A stretch of DNA of 64,000 nt. Origin: an uncultured Chitinophagaceae bacterium. Lineage in GTDB: Bacteria > Bacteroidota > Bacteroidia > Chitinophagales > Chitinophagaceae. Position 1 is the first letter of the stretch, and each line of letters opens with the position of its first letter. The DNA is taken from the NCBI GenBank assembly GCA_903883945.1, contig CAISCV010000198.1:5235-69234 (forward strand). The letters run 5' to 3'. The notes beneath the pieces are model-generated. The model was not told the DNA's origin. It did not search any database and saw only the letters and a program-made list of their open reading frames with translations. Of this stretch, positions 8,506 through 18,902 are shown piece by piece. Position numbers and translations under genes: made by a program.

Positions 8506-10827
8506 ATGTCAACAAACAAAAGAAAGCCTCAAGCTAGCGCTGCCTCAAAAAAAGTACGGGTTTCACCTAAAAAGATAGCAGATGAGGATATTGTAATCAA
8601 AGAACTTACCAATGATGACGGTAGTAAACCAGACATTTATGTTGGGTTAAAAAAATATTTTGGTTTCTCTGAGTTTAAAGGAACACAAGAAAAGAGTATC
8701 ACGAGTCTCCTCGAAGGGCATGATACTTTTGTAATTATGCCAACAGGCGGAGGTAAAAGCCTTTGCTATCAATTACCCGCTTTGCTGTTGCCCGGTTGTT
8801 GTATTATTGTTTCGCCACTCATCGCATTAATGAAGAACCAGGTAGATTTGGTAAGAGGCTATAGCGAGCAAGATAATATTGCTCACTTCCTTAACTCTTC
8901 TCTTAACAAAACCCAGATTAATGCAGTAAAAGAAGACCTCACTTCTGGCAAAACAAAATTGCTTTACGTAGCACCTGAAACATTAACCAAACAAGAAAAC
9001 TTAGACTTCTTTAGCGATATAGAAATTTCCTTTTTTGCAGTAGATGAAGCACACTGTATCAGTGAGTGGGGACACGATTTCAGACCCGAATATCGCAGAC
9101 TACGTGAAATGATGGACATCATCAATTCAAAGATTCCTGTTATTGCACTAACTGCAACAGCTACTCCCAAAGTTCAGAGTGATATTGAAAAGAATTTGGG
9201 ATTGCGTAAGCCAAACGTTTATATATCTTCTTTCAATAGAACAAATCTTTATTACGAAATTCAACCCAAGCTAGAAAAAGAGCAAACAATAAAAAGTATT
9301 GTGCGCTTTATCTCTCAACACAAAGGAAAAAGTGGTATTATTTATACACTAAATAGAAAAACCACAGAAGAGTTGGCTGAGGTATTGATGGCAAATAATA
9401 TAAAAGCAGTTGCCTATCATGCAGGATTAGATCAAAAACTACGAGCAGACAGGCAAGATCAGTTTTTGAATGAAGATGTGCATGTAATAGTAGCTACTAT
9501 TGCCTTCGGGATGGGTATTGATAAACCAGATATCCGTTTTGTAATCCATTACAACATTCCTAAGTCTATAGAAAATTACTATCAAGAAACCGGTCGTGCA
9601 GGGCGTGATGGTTTGGAAGGTCTTTGCGTGTTGTATTATTCTCATAAAGATGTGGCAAAACTTGAGCATCTGATGAGAGATAAGCCTTTAAGCGAACGTG
9701 AAGTAGGGGCACAACTGATAGATGAAACAGTAGCCTACGCTGAAAGCAGTGTTTGCCGTAGAAAAGTATTATTGCATTATTTCGGAGAAGATTGGGGAGA
9801 CAAAAACTGTGGCAACTGCGACAACTGTAAGCATCCAAAAGAAAAAGTGGAAGCTAAAGATGAAGTTATTAAAGTTATTAAGGTTATACAAGTTCTTGAT
9901 GAGCGCTTTCCGACACCATATACAGTTGATATTATCATGGGGAAGCTGACCCCGCAAGTACTGATGTATCGCCACGAAAGCAGACCTGTTTTTGGAATTG
10001 GTAAAGACAAAGAAAGCCACTTTTGGAATAGTTTGATAAGGCAGATGCTGTTAGAAAATTTAATACAGAAAGATATAGAAGAATATGGTTTACTTAAATT
10101 AACTGAAGAAGGGCTCAAATTTCTAGAAAAGCCCACTTCTTTTAGGATTGTGATGAATCACATTTTCGAAGAAGGAGATGGCTTTGATGATGATGAATCT
10201 AGCAATGAAGTTTCTGCTCAACAAGGGGCAGTTATGGATGAGCGTCTTTTTAATATGTTAAAAGAACTTCGCCAAAAGGAGGCTAAGAAGCTGAAACTGC
10301 CACCATTTGTTATTTTCCTAGAAAATTCCTTGCAAGACATGTGTAATATTTTCCCTACCACATTGGCCGAATTGGAAAAATGCCAAGGAGTGAGTAAAGG
10401 AAAAGCGTTAAAATATGGTAGACCTTTTGTAGACTTAATTGGTAAATATGTAGAAGAGAATAATATAGAGAAGCCAGATGATTTTGTAATGAAATCAGTA
10501 GCCAACAAATCGAGCAATAAAATTTATATCATTCAGAATATCGACAAAAAGATTCCATTAGAAACAATTGCTAAGAACAAGGGGCTGAAACTTCCACAGT
10601 TGTTGGAAGAAATGGAAACTATTGCGGCTAGTGGTACCAAGTTAAACCTTGATTATGCCATAGATGATTGGTTGGATGAATACGATCAAGAAGATATTAT
10701 TGAATATTTTAAGAATTGTGAGACTTCTTCATTGGATATTGCCCAAAAAGAATTGAGCGATAATGATTATACCTGGGAACAGTTAAAGATAATGCGCATC
10801 AAGTTCTTAAGTGTTTATGGTAACTAA
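8506..10827 (+). CDS. recQ: ATP-dependent DNA helicase RecQ
   Basis: Motifs present: FRPGQ-like FKGTQEKSI, MPTGGGKSLCYQLPA, DEAHCISEWGHDFRPEY, the zinc-finger cysteines CRRKVLLHYFGE...CGNCDNC, and an HRDC-like region. The ORF is open from 8440; the ATG at 8506 (MSTNKRK...) is the likelier start. The basic N-terminal tail is not typical of RecQ. Confidence 0.92.
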   Translation: MSTNKRKPQASAASKKVRVSPKKIADEDIVIKELTNDDGSKPDIYVGLKKYFGFSEFKGTQEKSITSLLEGHDTFVIMPTGGGKSLCYQLPALLLPGCCIIVSPLIALMKNQVDLVRGYSEQDNIAHFLNSSLNKTQINAVKEDLTSGKTKLLYVAPETLTKQENLDFFSDIEISFFAVDEAHCISEWGHDFRPEYRRLREMMDIINSKIPVIALTATATPKVQSDIEKNLGLRKPNVYISSFNRTNLYYEIQPKLEKEQTIKSIVRFISQHKGKSGIIYTLNRKTTEELAEVLMANNIKAVAYHAGLDQKLRADRQDQFLNEDVHVIVATIAFGMGIDKPDIRFVIHYNIPKSIENYYQETGRAGRDGLEGLCVLYYSHKDVAKLEHLMRDKPLSEREVGAQLIDETVAYAESSVCRRKVLLHYFGEDWGDKNCGNCDNCKHPKEKVEAKDEVIKVIKVIQVLDERFPTPYTVDIIMGKLTPQVLMYRHESRPVFGIGKDKESHFWNSLIRQMLLENLIQKDIEEYGLLKLTEEGLKFLEKPTSFRIVMNHIFEEGDGFDDDESSNEVSAQQGAVMDERLFNMLKELRQKEAKKLKLPPFVIFLENSLQDMCNIFPTTLAELEKCQGVSKGKALKYGRPFVDLIGKYVEENNIEKPDDFVMKSVANKSSNKIYIIQNIDKKIPLETIAKNKGLKLPQLLEEMETIAASGTKLNLDYAIDDWLDEYDQEDIIEYFKNCETSSLDIAQKELSDNDYTWEQLKIMRIKFLSVYGN

Positions 10828-10847
10828 GTAAGTTTGGTTTTTTATAT

Positions 10848-10888
10848 AGAGGGTACTTAATTGTAATGGTTACAATTAAGTACCCTCT
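10848..10888. terminator. Bidirectional rho-independent terminator
   Basis: AGAGGGTACTTAATTGTAAtggTTACAATTAAGTACCCTCT has a 19-bp perfect stem and T-rich flanks. It lies between the convergent recQ and GDE-type genes. Confidence 0.85.
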
Positions 10889-10892
10889 TTTA

Positions 10893-12848
10893 TTAATACA
10901 ACTTGTAGTCCTTTATTACTCTCAACAACTCAGCCACACCCCAAGCTTGGGCAATGCAACCCTTAGGATGATTGGGCGCGTCGGCATCAAATATTTCGGA
11001 AACACTTCCTATACAAGCTTCCTCTAGTGTATAGGCAAACTCGGCAATTACTTCTTTTGCCTGCGCTTTACCTTTAGTACCTTTTATTTTAATCAATGCA
11101 TCTACATAAGCACCAAGCAGCCAACTCCATACAGTTCCTTGGTGATAGCTAGCGTCTCGCTTCATTACACTGCCTTCATAAACGCCTACATACCTCAAAT
11201 CGGAGGTGGGTAATGTTCTCAGCCCCACATGCATATACAATTTATCCTCTACAATTTTTAAAACCGCCTTTGCTTCTTTCTCTTCCAATAAAGCAAAAGG
11301 CAAACTAATGGCGAATAATTGGTTGGGTCTTAGAGAGGCATCAGGAATATTGTTTTTATCAATTACGTCATACAGATAATTTCCACCTTCATGCCAGAAT
11401 AGTTTCTTAAAACTCAATTTTGCCTGAGCAGCTTTTGCAGCATATTGTGCAGCGGGTTCTAATTGTGCATCCAAATGCAACAATTCGCTATAAATGCGCA
11501 AGGCATTATACCACAAAGCCTGCACTTCTACCGGTTTTCCAATACGAGGAGTTACTACCCAATCGGCTATTTTAGCATCCATCCAGGTAAGCTGTTGACC
11601 CTGTTCACCTGCATACAACAATCCATCTTCAGTTGCTTTTATATTGTATCGAGTACCTTTAAAGTGCCAGTTAATGATGTCTGTAAATACAGGTAAAAGT
11701 TCTTTCAGTACAAATTCTTTGTCTGCCGTTGCTATATAATATTTATATACGGCAATAAAAAACCAAAGCGTACCATCCACATTGTTATATTGGGGAGTCT
11801 CGTCGTGATCTTGAAAGCGGTTGGGCAACATACCCATACTCACGCTCTTGGCAAAGGCATCCAATATCTTTTTTGCATCCTCAAACCTACCTGTGCTGAG
11901 GCAAAGTCCGGGTAAAGAAATCATAGTATCTCGTCCCCAATCGGTAAACCAGTGATAGCCAGCAATTATTGTTTTCAGGTTCTCTCCCCTTTGAACTATG
12001 AACTGATCTGCTGCAAGTATCAATTGCTTTAGCGTTTCATTTTCGGGCTGTTTATGCAATAATGCCTTCTTTCGGGCTATTTCTTTTTCAAATAGTTCTA
12101 ACGCATTCTTTCCTTTTGGGTTTTCTGTAGATACAATAATCCCTATTGATTGTCCTTTCTTTAGGTTTACTGAAAGTGTTCCATGATTTAAAAGATCTTC
12201 CTTAAAGTCTAATCCACGATTCTTCTCTTCTATATAATGGTAATGATTAAACCAATGGGGATGATGCGCATAGGTAGCCCCTGGTACAGAAATATAGATG
12301 TTTGCCGAATCAGCAAAAGGATTATTGCTAAAAATACCAACTTCAAAATCTACGTCCCACCAAAGACCGCTTTCATTATTTTGCAAAGTATGATAACTAC
12401 GTGCAGCAATAAAAGGCTGTAAATGTAAAATGAAAGGCTTGCTGGCTTTTAGCACAGTATAAATAACCAAGGTGGTGTTTTCTCCCTGTACCATTGCAAT
12501 TGTTTTCTGCAGGGTAATGCCATTTAGCTCATACGTCCATTCAGGAAAAAAATCTTTGGTAAACTTAGTAAGATATTGGTTGCCATTGGGGTTGATGGCA
12601 TCACCAAAATTGTTGACACCTAATTCATAAAACTGGTCATTTACAACAATCGTCTCCTCCAATTTAGAAACAAGTACCATTCTTTCGATGGGTGGGCGGG
12701 TACTCGCCACCAACAAGCCATGATAACGACGCGTATTACAGCCAATAATAGTGGAACTAGCCCAACCACCCAAGCCATTTGTTTCTAGCCATTCCAACTG
12801 TACCGACTCATCAAAATTTGATAGTGTTGCCTTTTCCTTTTGAAGCAT
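10893..12848 (-). CDS. Glycogen debranching enzyme family protein (amylo-alpha-1,6-glucosidase / GDE_C type)
   Basis: LEWLETNGLGGWASSTIIGCNTRRYHGLL at the N-terminus and GYHWFTDWGRDTMISLPGL in the catalytic (alpha/alpha)6 region. The ORF is open to a TTG at 12902; the ATG at 12848 (MLQKEK) is the likelier start. Confidence 0.8.
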   Translation of the reverse strand: MLQKEKATLSNFDESVQLEWLETNGLGGWASSTIIGCNTRRYHGLLVASTRPPIERMVLVSKLEETIVVNDQFYELGVNNFGDAINPNGNQYLTKFTKDFFPEWTYELNGITLQKTIAMVQGENTTLVIYTVLKASKPFILHLQPFIAARSYHTLQNNESGLWWDVDFEVGIFSNNPFADSANIYISVPGATYAHHPHWFNHYHYIEEKNRGLDFKEDLLNHGTLSVNLKKGQSIGIIVSTENPKGKNALELFEKEIARKKALLHKQPENETLKQLILAADQFIVQRGENLKTIIAGYHWFTDWGRDTMISLPGLCLSTGRFEDAKKILDAFAKSVSMGMLPNRFQDHDETPQYNNVDGTLWFFIAVYKYYIATADKEFVLKELLPVFTDIINWHFKGTRYNIKATEDGLLYAGEQGQQLTWMDAKIADWVVTPRIGKPVEVQALWYNALRIYSELLHLDAQLEPAAQYAAKAAQAKLSFKKLFWHEGGNYLYDVIDKNNIPDASLRPNQLFAISLPFALLEEKEAKAVLKIVEDKLYMHVGLRTLPTSDLRYVGVYEGSVMKRDASYHQGTVWSWLLGAYVDALIKIKGTKGKAQAKEVIAEFAYTLEEACIGSVSEIFDADAPNHPKGCIAQAWGVAELLRVIKDYKLY

Positions 12849-13241
12849 AGTTGTATTGTTTACTAAAAAGAGGTATTCCATTAATGGTTTTTCACACGGC
12901 AATGCAGCGAATATAAATACTTTTAATGGTTATTAATACTGGTTAATAGCAAATGATAAATTTACAAAACCAACTTGCACCACATTAACAATTAACCGCT
13001 AAGTATTGATTATTTTTTTATTCTATACCTCTTAGATTCCTTTTTTCTATGATAGGTTTACGCTCAGGGTTTGCGAGTAAGGTAGGTCATAATATCAACC
13101 TTAAATAAAATCTGAATCTGTGCGATGATTAAATAAAAAACTATTTTTCCTCTCCACACGCCATTTCCTCCATTATTATTTATTATTGCTGACTGATAAT
13201 ACTAAATTATTAAAAAATAATTCAACCTAAAGGTCATTTAT

Positions 13242-14474
13242 ATGCCACAAAAGCTTCTACAGTTTTTAATATTGTTTTTGTTAGGTACAACGATTGCAAA
13301 GTCTCAACCTGTAATAACAGCAGCAGGAGTTAATCCGCAGTTTGGCGACAACTCTTTTTATAACTATGTAATTTCAAGTATTTCAAACCCAGATGCAGGT
13401 GGCCCCCAAGCTAATTGGGATTATAGCAATCTCCCCCTCGTTTTATTTAGCGATACCATTCGTTTTACGTTAACTACTGGAATGCCTTATTCCAATATTT
13501 TTCCCTATTCTAATATAGTTGGAGTTAGCCTCAATAACACTTACTATCAATATCTCGAAACCAACAACGATAAAATTTCTATAAGCGGCATCTATTCTAA
13601 CTATAGTGGCAGCCCGATTACGGTTAGTTACACTCCTTCCCTTCCTTTAATGAAATTTCCTATGTTTTATGGCAAAACCTATACAGATACTATCCTAGAA
13701 ACAGATGACGCGGTATTGTATGATACCATTTTTTGTACCTCTAGTGTAGATGGATTTGGCACATTGAAGTTACCCAATGCCACCTATACCGATGTGCTTC
13801 GTTTGAAACAAACAGAAATGATTGCCCCCATAGATAGCCTTACTCCAATTAGTTTTAGCACCAAGTACCTGTTTATAAAAAATGGCATACATGGGCAACT
13901 CTTAGAATTAGACAGTACAGATGGGACTGGCTGGCAGGCAGGATACCTTTCTGATTTTATTCTACCCATAGAAATTACCTCTTTTAAAGCTACCTGGCAA
14001 AATAAAATGCCCTTCTTGCAATGGACAGCCCTTAATACCCAAAACACGCAAGCATTTAATGTGCAGCGTAGTGTTGATGGTATTAACTTTAGCACAATTG
14101 CTCAAGTAAATGCAAATGCAGGGGCTTCGTATAATTATCAGGATCCCAATGCTCCCAACAATACGGTATACTATCGGTTGCAACACATTGGTAAAGATGG
14201 ACAAACGTTTTACAGTACTACCGTACAGTTAACGGGAAGCAGTAAACAGTACGTTGTTTTCCCCAATCCGGCAAAAGAAGCGGTACAGGTAGCTATCCCT
14301 TCGGGAAATCCTGTACAATTGTATGTTTATAGTGAAGCAGGCAAATTAATCTACCATAATATAAACTATACAACCACTACTCTTATTGCTACATCTGCCT
14401 GGAGTAAAGGCAATTATGTACTAAGGATAAAAGACAGCGATGGTTGGAAAACAATTCAATTCGAAAAGCAGTAA
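13242..14474 (+). CDS. Secreted protein with a T9SS C-terminal sorting domain
   Basis: It has a signal peptide (MPQKLLQFLILFLLGTTIAKSQ) and a C-terminal segment (VVFPNPAKEAVQVAI...LYVYSEAGKLIY...GNYVLRIKDSDGWKTIQFEKQ) typical of a Por secretion tail. The N-terminal domain was not recognised. Confidence 0.75.
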   Translation: MPQKLLQFLILFLLGTTIAKSQPVITAAGVNPQFGDNSFYNYVISSISNPDAGGPQANWDYSNLPLVLFSDTIRFTLTTGMPYSNIFPYSNIVGVSLNNTYYQYLETNNDKISISGIYSNYSGSPITVSYTPSLPLMKFPMFYGKTYTDTILETDDAVLYDTIFCTSSVDGFGTLKLPNATYTDVLRLKQTEMIAPIDSLTPISFSTKYLFIKNGIHGQLLELDSTDGTGWQAGYLSDFILPIEITSFKATWQNKMPFLQWTALNTQNTQAFNVQRSVDGINFSTIAQVNANAGASYNYQDPNAPNNTVYYRLQHIGKDGQTFYSTTVQLTGSSKQYVVFPNPAKEAVQVAIPSGNPVQLYVYSEAGKLIYHNINYTTTTLIATSAWSKGNYVLRIKDSDGWKTIQFEKQ

Positions 14475-14827
14475 AAAAAGTGTGAATTGGGTGACTAAAA
14501 CTAAAAGAGCTTAAAACAATTAGAATTCTTTGCAAATTCATTCATTGGATATTAACACGAGAATTAAAAATTGCCAGGGTCTGGTATTTTGGGAAGCATG
14601 CTATTTTACATAACCGACAATTATTGATTTATTCGCAGCATTGTGCAAAAGGTTATGATTGTTACCGAAAATGCTTTAGCTATTATTGCATCAGAATGTT
14701 TGAGTTATGAAAATGATTGCTCCTTATTCTTCTATTTATAAATACTTGCTAGATCTTCTTTTGCTAGCATCTTCTATCCATACTCCTCCATGACTTTATG
14801 AACTAATAGGTTAGAAAATTCCGTTTT

Positions 14828-15082
14828 ATGGGGTTTTCGCCCAAAATGATGTCTGATACATCCGTGTTTATGTCTGATACACGCCTGTTTATATCCGATA
14901 CATCCGTGTTCATGTATGATACACGTGTGTTTATGTTCGATACAAGCGTGTTCATGTATGATACGGCTGTGTTTATATCCGATACATACTTGTATATGTC
15001 TGATACGGCCGTGTTCTTATCTGATACAAGCGTGTTTATATCTGATACATCAAAGATTTTATTTGCAAATAATCATTTTTAA
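14828..15082 (+). CDS. Candidate small ORF composed of ten heptad repeats (S-D-T-x-V-F-M/I); coding status unproven
   Basis: 84-aa ORF with ATG at 14828. The 21-bp repeat is in frame. Differences between units are often third-position and synonymous (TTT/TTC, ACA/ACG, GCT/GCC) or conservative (V/L, M/I). It ends 15 nt before the downstream gene. A purely DNA-level repeat is equally possible. Confidence 0.35.
   Translation: MGFSPKMMSDTSVFMSDTRLFISDTSVFMYDTRVFMFDTSVFMYDTAVFISDTYLYMSDTAVFLSDTSVFISDTSKILFANNHF
14852..15051 (+). repeat. Tandem array of ~9.5 x 21 bp, consensus TCTGATACANNNGTGTTYATR
   Basis: Read directly. The GATAC core is invariant, GTGTT is nearly invariant, and 4-5 nt between them are hypervariable. 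Confidence 0.95.
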
Positions 15083-15099
15083 TTAAAAAAACATTTAGT

Positions 15100-16008
15100 A
15101 TGAACACTCGTCAAAACGTTGAGTATTCAGTTTTTCAACAAGTATTGTTATTCTTGGCAGCTTATACCAGCGCATTTGCTGGCAACACACAGTTGCTTGA
15201 TGCCATCGGGAACTTCAAAGGATTTGTGACTGCTATCGACAACGTCTCTAGCAAGAAACAACCAAAGGCTAGTAAGCCTAAAACAAAAATGAAAACCGAC
15301 ACAAGGAAAAGTGTGGTGAGTAAGATAGAAGCTGCATGCTTGTTGGGATTGGAATGGGCAAAGTCAACGAAAAATGAGCAATTGATAAAGGATTTTACCA
15401 TTACCGATAGTAGTTTTAGGGGTAAAATAAATGCGATGCTGATATTAGCAAATTACACTTATGGCGTGCTGAACACTAATAAAGTTGCCCTTATTGCTGC
15501 GACATCTATTACAGCGGCACAGCTAACAGCTATTAACACAGAGATAGCCTTATTGCAAACTTTACAGAAAGCACCTGCTGCGGCGCGTAGCGCTCAAAAG
15601 ACTATTACTGCCCTGTATAAACCAGCATTTTTAGATGCAACTGCTGGAAAGGAAACACTGATAAACCTAATAAGGGGGGCATATACAATTGGCCCCAATG
15701 CAAATCTGCAACTGGTGACTGACCTTGATAATGCACTTATATTTGGTGGTAATGTGCAGCATACCATTTTGAAAGTTACTTTCTTGACTGCTGGAACAAC
15801 TGTTCGGATGGAGGGTGCAATGTTAACGATAACAGAACTGATGCGAGTTGGGGTGAGTAATATAATGGGGGTCGGGCAGATAGCGGAGTTTAAGCCAGGA
15901 ATATATCATGTGACATTCTCGGCATTGGATCATATTTCTCAAACACAAATAATTACTATTGGTGCGGGTGAAAAATTGACTATGACAGTGGAATTGGTGG
16001 GGGCATAG
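15100..16008 (+). CDS. Hypothetical protein (helical N-terminal part, C-terminal beta-sandwich-like domain, no signal peptide); distant paralog of 45633-46667
   Basis: 302 aa. The C-terminus HTILKVTFLTAGTTVRMEGAMLTITELMRVGVSNIMGVGQIAEFKPGIYHVTFSAL...KLTMTVELV aligns by eye with HTPVVITITDANTGVALAGVKGTMLATKELPMSNVSGIMEYATVKDGATTGTFEKVGYI...NSFTVSLV of the other copy. ITAAQLTA also matches LTAPQLTG. Confidence 0.7.
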   Translation: MNTRQNVEYSVFQQVLLFLAAYTSAFAGNTQLLDAIGNFKGFVTAIDNVSSKKQPKASKPKTKMKTDTRKSVVSKIEAACLLGLEWAKSTKNEQLIKDFTITDSSFRGKINAMLILANYTYGVLNTNKVALIAATSITAAQLTAINTEIALLQTLQKAPAAARSAQKTITALYKPAFLDATAGKETLINLIRGAYTIGPNANLQLVTDLDNALIFGGNVQHTILKVTFLTAGTTVRMEGAMLTITELMRVGVSNIMGVGQIAEFKPGIYHVTFSALDHISQTQIITIGAGEKLTMTVELVGA

Positions 16009-16312
16009 GAAGTTATAAGTTGTAAGTCATAAGTTTAAGTTAAGCAAAGAGGTTAAAAGTTGGAGGTTGTGAGACTGAAGACTTTTGACCTTTTTGGAAT
16101 GTTTCGTAATTTACTCGGGTGTAGCTTTTAGTTAAATTGACGTGGACTTGTTTAGGGAGGACATTCTTTGAAATGACGCGTAAAAGGTTTTAGTTAGTTA
16201 AAATAAGAGTTGATTATTGTCTTTTTTGGGGATGATAACAGCCTTGAAAGGGGAATTGAAAGAAGGTGTAGTAGCCTAAATATTTAATTGATGGATAGTT
16301 TTGAGAATATAT

Positions 16313-16350
16313 ATAAAAAAAAGTCCCAACTGCTTAGATCAGTTGGGACT
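16313..16350 (-). terminator. Rho-independent terminator of the SusC/SusD/lipoprotein operon
   Basis: AAGTCCCAACTGcttagatCAGTTGGGACTT is preceded on the + strand by A8, which is a U-run on the minus transcript. It lies 37 nt downstream of the lipoprotein gene stop. Confidence 0.8.
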
Positions 16351-16386
16351 TATTTTAACTTAGCTATTTTAAGTACCTATTTGTGA

Positions 16387-17373
16387 TTACCTAGGTTTTT
16401 GGTAAACCAATGTGTCATAAATAAGTTGATCAGGTCTGCCATTTTGTTGCATAATATAAGCTGCATAAATAGTACCTGTAGTTGCATCATATCTACTATC
16501 TGTCACTGCAGGATTCAACTTAAATTTCCTCCCTCTACCATCATCAGGTGTAAGATTAGATACATCTGTTAATTTATCAGTTGCTAAATCGAAAGTATAT
16601 TGTGGTTTAGTTGCACCGAAACTTGTTGCACCTAACCCTGCTGTAAAGCCTATTTGACCGTAATCACCACCAAGATCATAGTCTTTTAAAACCGTATTAG
16701 GACCACTAGTTACAATACCTACATTACTACCCCATGCATGAGACATGCCATCACTAATAATACCATAAGCTCCCCAACCACTTAATTGAAAAACATCGCT
16801 AAATATACCATCATACCTATTCTTGATTGCAACCTTGTATTGAACAGAAGTTCTTGTATCGCTTATAGCTGAACCTGTTGGGACACTAACTATTTTATAA
16901 GACAGCATATACTGTGCAAATAAATTTACTTTGGAGCTAGTAATATTTAGCGTAAGGTATCCAAATTTTTGACCAGCAGGTATAACAACGGTTAATGGTA
17001 CGCTAGAGTTATAAACCGAATCTGGCAAGAATTGAAAATTAGTAGCACCTGTAGTATCAGTTGCATTATAAGCTGAAATAGCAGCGGTATCTTTTGCCAA
17101 AGTAACAGTTACATCACTTGAAAATGTACCAGTAGTTGAATTCAAATAGACAGGTATTTTCAAAATTTGAGGAGTAGAAGAAATGCCGTAGGCAACCGAA
17201 TAAACTCTATCAGCGGCACCCAAGGCAGGATTTTCACTTGGCGCGATTTCAAATAACTTGTATCCGGGTATATCCCCTAAGTTTACAGAATTCAAACTCT
17301 TTAAGCATGAGGACAACCCAAATACCGCAACAAGAGCAAGTAGAAATAAATATATATTTTTCATGTTTGTCAT
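16387..17373 (-). CDS. Surface lipoprotein, DUF1735-like N-terminal domain (SusE/F-position gene of the PUL)
   Basis: Lipobox FGLSSC. The segment SSDVTVTLAKDTAAISAYNATDTTGATNFQFLPDSVYNSSVPLTVVIPAGQKFGYLTLNI resembles DUF1735. It is located directly after susD. Confidence 0.65.
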   Translation of the reverse strand: MTNMKNIYLFLLALVAVFGLSSCLKSLNSVNLGDIPGYKLFEIAPSENPALGAADRVYSVAYGISSTPQILKIPVYLNSTTGTFSSDVTVTLAKDTAAISAYNATDTTGATNFQFLPDSVYNSSVPLTVVIPAGQKFGYLTLNITSSKVNLFAQYMLSYKIVSVPTGSAISDTRTSVQYKVAIKNRYDGIFSDVFQLSGWGAYGIISDGMSHAWGSNVGIVTSGPNTVLKDYDLGGDYGQIGFTAGLGATSFGATKPQYTFDLATDKLTDVSNLTPDDGRGRKFKLNPAVTDSRYDATTGTIYAAYIMQQNGRPDQLIYDTLVYQKPR

Positions 17374-17392
17374 TTTTATTAATTAAAATATT

Positions 17393-18877
17393 TTATTTAA
17401 CCCAGAATATTTTACTATACAAAGTAATGTTATCCTTTTTAGCATTGTCTGGATTGGTATTGATCTCTGATTGAGGATACAATAATCTAGAAGGTATTGG
17501 TCCTACGTTGGCAGCCTTTGAACCTGGAACGTCTGCGGGTATTTTTGTTCTTCTATAATCTGCATACACTTCCAAGGGATTAATGGCATTAATAGATGCC
17601 CATTTCTGAGTAAGAATAGTTGTTAAAGGCGTAGGAGTAGCATCTATATTTACTAAATTATTAGATTGTGAATAATAAGAAGTAGCTAAAGAATCTACCA
17701 AACCACAATAAGCAAAAGACTCATGAAGTGCAGACTTATATAATGCTTTATAATCTCCAGTAATTATTCCTCTTTGCGCAGCTTCTGCTTGTAAAAATAA
17801 ACTTTCGAAAGAAGTTAATATGGGTGCAGACTGTGATGGCGAATTTATAATACCGATTGGCTGAGTACTAGAAACTAAGCCAATTCCAGATACTACATTG
17901 TTTGGAGATCCTTGAACACCAAAATCATTTCCTGCAAATTTTCCAGTTGCATAAGGTGCATAAAAGAATCCAATTCTAGGATCATTTGTGCTAGTGTAGA
18001 AATTTACTCCATAGGTATTAGCACGATAAAATCCATAATTGGTAGCTTGGTTTCCTGCTGCTGAGAATCCATAATCGGAATAAAAAGGATTCAAATTTGC
18101 ATCGGAAGAGCCAGAATAGCCTGGATTAGACAACGCACCCTCACCTGCTCCTAAAAATCCATTGGCATCTTTAGTTACTAAGTTTAATTCAGACGCATAA
18201 TAACTTGGTTTAGATACATCTGCAAACCGAACTAGCAATCTTAACTCTAAAGTATTAATAAATTTCAACCATTTAGTTTGATTTCCAGCAAATATAATAT
18301 CAGATGAAGAGGTTGGCGCTGCTGTAGCCCCATTCCAAGAAGAGATTAATGTTCTTGCAGAGTCTAATTGTTTGAATAAGCTTGCATAAATTGTTGCAGC
18401 ATCATCGTAAGCAGGTCTCGGATAAGCTGAAATTTGAAGTGCCTGACTGTAAGGTACATTACCATACAAATCAACTAAATTATGATAACAATATACTTTC
18501 ATTGTTTTAGCAATGCCTGCATAAAAATTATCACTACTAGCAGTTGCCGCCTTTTCAACATAATTTAAATTATTAATGGCATAATAAAAATTACTCCAAA
18601 CTTCCTGATGGTATGAATTACTAAACTTGTATGTAACTTCTGTAATATTAGGTGCATATCCACCACTTACTGCCCATATACCCATCCAGTATTTAGAAAA
18701 ATCTAGTCCATCAGTAACATTAGAAGCTACAGAACCGAGTGCTGCTGGTAAAACCAATTGGTAACTAGCTGAGGTTGGCTGATTTGGGTTCGTATTTACA
18801 TCGAAGTAACTCTTACTGCAAGAAGTTGCCCCGAGAATAAATAAAAACGAAACAGCGATATAACTTATTCTTTTCAT
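17393..18877 (-). CDS. susD: SusD/RagB-family nutrient-binding outer-membrane lipoprotein
   Basis: 494 aa. Lipobox LGATSC. Its position after the SusC-like gene, its TPR-like helical composition and the C-terminal ...RLLYPQSEINTNPDN... all fit the family. Confidence 0.88.
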   Translation of the reverse strand: MKRISYIAVSFLFILGATSCSKSYFDVNTNPNQPTSASYQLVLPAALGSVASNVTDGLDFSKYWMGIWAVSGGYAPNITEVTYKFSNSYHQEVWSNFYYAINNLNYVEKAATASSDNFYAGIAKTMKVYCYHNLVDLYGNVPYSQALQISAYPRPAYDDAATIYASLFKQLDSARTLISSWNGATAAPTSSSDIIFAGNQTKWLKFINTLELRLLVRFADVSKPSYYASELNLVTKDANGFLGAGEGALSNPGYSGSSDANLNPFYSDYGFSAAGNQATNYGFYRANTYGVNFYTSTNDPRIGFFYAPYATGKFAGNDFGVQGSPNNVVSGIGLVSSTQPIGIINSPSQSAPILTSFESLFLQAEAAQRGIITGDYKALYKSALHESFAYCGLVDSLATSYYSQSNNLVNIDATPTPLTTILTQKWASINAINPLEVYADYRRTKIPADVPGSKAANVGPIPSRLLYPQSEINTNPDNAKKDNITLYSKIFWVK

Positions 18878-18902
18878 TTTCTTTGTTTTAAATATTTTAT
18901 AA

